Below are positions 61,522 through 64,000 of a stretch of DNA of 64,000 bases, in pieces. Position 1 is the first letter of the stretch. The number at the start of each line of letters is the position of its first letter. A program made the translations under genes and the position numbers. The DNA is from Batkoa obscura. Lineage: Eukaryota. The notes below the pieces were generated by a model. That model saw only the letters and a list, made by a program, of their open reading frames with translations. It was not told the DNA's origin and ran no database searches. The stretch lies in assembly GCA_030770535.1 (NCBI GenBank), contig JASVEC010000002.1:1674001-1738000 (forward strand), written 5' to 3'.

Positions 61522-62791
61522 TTGAAAGAAAACAATAAAAGATAATATTGTATTCTTTTGTGGGGGTTTTGTTTTTTATTTTAATTTCCATGCCTATCAC
61601 TATATTCACATGGATTAAACTACTTTTTTTTCAAATGTTCTTTTTTTATTGGCTGATTTGAATAATTAACCCTTAATTATTTTAATTTATTATTTTTTCC
61701 ATAAAATTATCATTAGTTTTATTAAATCAACTCAACTATACTAATATATACACTAAGTGTAGAAGTTTAGTGTAAATAGTCCTATGTAACACTTATAGTT
61801 TGTCTATGATATACATCCTTCACAATATAAACTTATTTATTAAGCCTAAGAATAAGAATTCTTCAATATCCCCCCACCTATTACTTTAGAGTAAGGAGTT
61901 CAACTCCAAAAATAATATGTTTAGTAAAGTAACTATATTAATTCAAAAAAACGGCATTTTTACCTTTTGGATGAATTTCTAACTTGCTTTGATTTGAAAT
62001 TAGAGATCAAAGCACAATAGAAACTCTCCTCTAAATACAAAATAATACCTTAGCAGCCTTTTTAAATTCATGTCTATTCTACAACTTTTAGAGTCTTAAT
62101 CTGAAAGTGGGATAAAAGTTTATTCTGTTTTTTTAAATGTATGTTTTTCATTTAGAATAATAGTTTAAATTCTCTCGAAAATAGCAACCCGTTTACTATT
62201 ATTGTAATTTAAATGTGACTTTCCTTGCATAGTTTAAGAAAGTTATGATAATCTAAATGTAGATGTGGTTAATTAGATAGTTATTTATGACTATAGTTGA
62301 TTTATAACAACCTTAAGTTACATAAGAAAGCCCATTTTATATGTTAATAGTAAAAAACCATATAAAAATAAAATAAAGTTTATTACAATTGTTGCAGTTC
62401 TTTTGAGACATATTTAACTAATTATTTAAGAAAAAAATACATATTAAAATTAGGCTGAATTAAGGGCCAAGCTTAAAAATATTTGTACCAATAACTTAAT
62501 TACAAAAAATAGCTCTAAAAAAGTCACAAAAGAAGCACAACAACTCTAAGAATAAACGCTTGCCCAAGTAAGATTACTCAAATAAAAATCTATTTGAATC
62601 TTGGAGAATAACAAATGAAAAAAGAATAAGAGGTAGTTAACTGCTTAGTAACCAATTTAAAGCAATAAAATAATTTGAACTAAGTTTCTCGATAATTAAT
62701 TGGATTAAGATTATCTAATAAAATTACACCAATAAAAAATATTTAGTAATAGTTGAGTAACCAAAATTTTTAAATTCATTCATTGTTGAAG

Positions 62792-63601
62792 ATGAGAGAT
62801 AATTATATATTAAGAGTCCAAGTAGGCAACGTAAGTGATAAAAGTCAATGGGAAACAATTACTGTTAATGAAGAAAAAGATGGGCATTATTTAGAGAATG
62901 ATTATTTCCAAGGTTATATCAAAGTAAGAATAGTTGATTATGATGGTTTACCAGTAAATTCAGAAACAAAAGAAACATTATATCCACAAAGTGATTATTT
63001 CCTAGATAGCAAAAGTAAATTTAGTGTTGAGTTTAAAGGAAAATTTAAACCTAGAAAGGGAGGCTGGAACGCTAATAAGATATTATTTGGTAATCAATTT
63101 GAAAAACAATTAAAGTTACCACCTTTAGTAGATATTGCTACTAAGTTTGCTACTTGGTATGATCCTGGATTAAAGATTGATTTACGAGCTGAAAAACCAT
63201 GGGCTTATTCCAAATTATTAGTAGCATTTAATAGACTTGACATCAACATCGATGATGATATAAAATTAAATAGCATGGCTAAAGTAAGAGAAAATACTTC
63301 GCTTATTTCAGGAATTAAAGAAGATGACGATGATAAAGCATTAAAAAAAAGACAACGATTTTTTTCAGATGAAAACAATGCTTCTAGAATCAATATTGAT
63401 GAGAACCTTACTTTACATGGAGATTTTTATAACGCTTATTTAGATTTTTCTAAACGCGGATTAGCTATTCCTTTCTTTACTTTAAACGTTATGGATTATT
63501 GGGATGGTCACGATCTTTCTTACTATTGCAAGTATGATGGTGATGAAGATATCGTATTTTTTGTAGTTTCGTTCCAACTAGCAGAAATTAATACCATTTA
63601 A
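62792..63601 (+). CDS. DUF1769-like fungal protein
   Basis: FQGYIKVRIVDY, SDYF...FSVEFKGKF, ILFGNQFE...LPP, DPGLKIDL...KPWAYS, DFYNAYLDF, YWDG motifs recalled for this family; ATG at 62792. Confidence 0.72.
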   Translation: MRDNYILRVQVGNVSDKSQWETITVNEEKDGHYLENDYFQGYIKVRIVDYDGLPVNSETKETLYPQSDYFLDSKSKFSVEFKGKFKPRKGGWNANKILFGNQFEKQLKLPPLVDIATKFATWYDPGLKIDLRAEKPWAYSKLLVAFNRLDINIDDDIKLNSMAKVRENTSLISGIKEDDDDKALKKRQRFFSDENNASRINIDENLTLHGDFYNAYLDFSKRGLAIPFFTLNVMDYWDGHDLSYYCKYDGDEDIVFFVVSFQLAEINTI

Positions 63602-64000
63602 TCCTTCATTTTTTATTTGGATAAAATAAGCTAATTAAACCTAATATTTGATTATATTTAATTTTTGAGCTTTGTGATAGATATTAACAAAGCAGTTTTT
63701 ATTTATTTATTCGATACTTTTTTATTCTATTTATGAATTTTAAACTTTTTACTAACTTTGTTAGAAGCTTTTCACATAGACAATCAAATAGAGTAACGAT
63801 TATAACTATATTAATAATGACTTGCAATATATTTTTATGACGAGTTTTGTAGTAGATGATAGAGTAGTGTTGATGTTTTAAATTTTTAATTCTATACTAT
63901 TAAAACTAGCATACTATGCAAAATATGTAAAAATACTCATTTATTTCAATGAGTATACTGATACATATTGTAATTAAATACATAGCTTATACTTATATAA

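Overview
Very AT-rich eukaryotic DNA with many short GT-AG introns. It is fungal (Zn2Cys6 factor, P450, Ras, ADE12, SET3); base composition and gene style suggest an early-diverging lineage such as Entomophthoromycotina (Conidiobolus-like), which is inference only. About 15 housekeeping or lineage-type genes and three tRNA genes (Val-AAC, Lys-CTT, Asp-GTC) surround the most unusual content: six intronless paralogues between 28.7 and 54.7 kb. Each encodes a secreted, Cys-free protein made of a signal peptide, a VERR Kex2-type site, a conserved amphipathic ~17-aa head, a periodic Asn/Ser/Thr or Pro/Ser/Thr stalk and one of three C-terminal caps. The family shows domain shuffling, patchy homogenisation between copies, one hypervariable head and a shared upstream motif. 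About 19 copies of a ~99-bp MITE with GGG/GAG termini and 4-bp (mostly AWWT) target duplications are present, 15 of them in the same region, plus three other inverted-repeat elements. All exon boundaries and alignments were read by eye.
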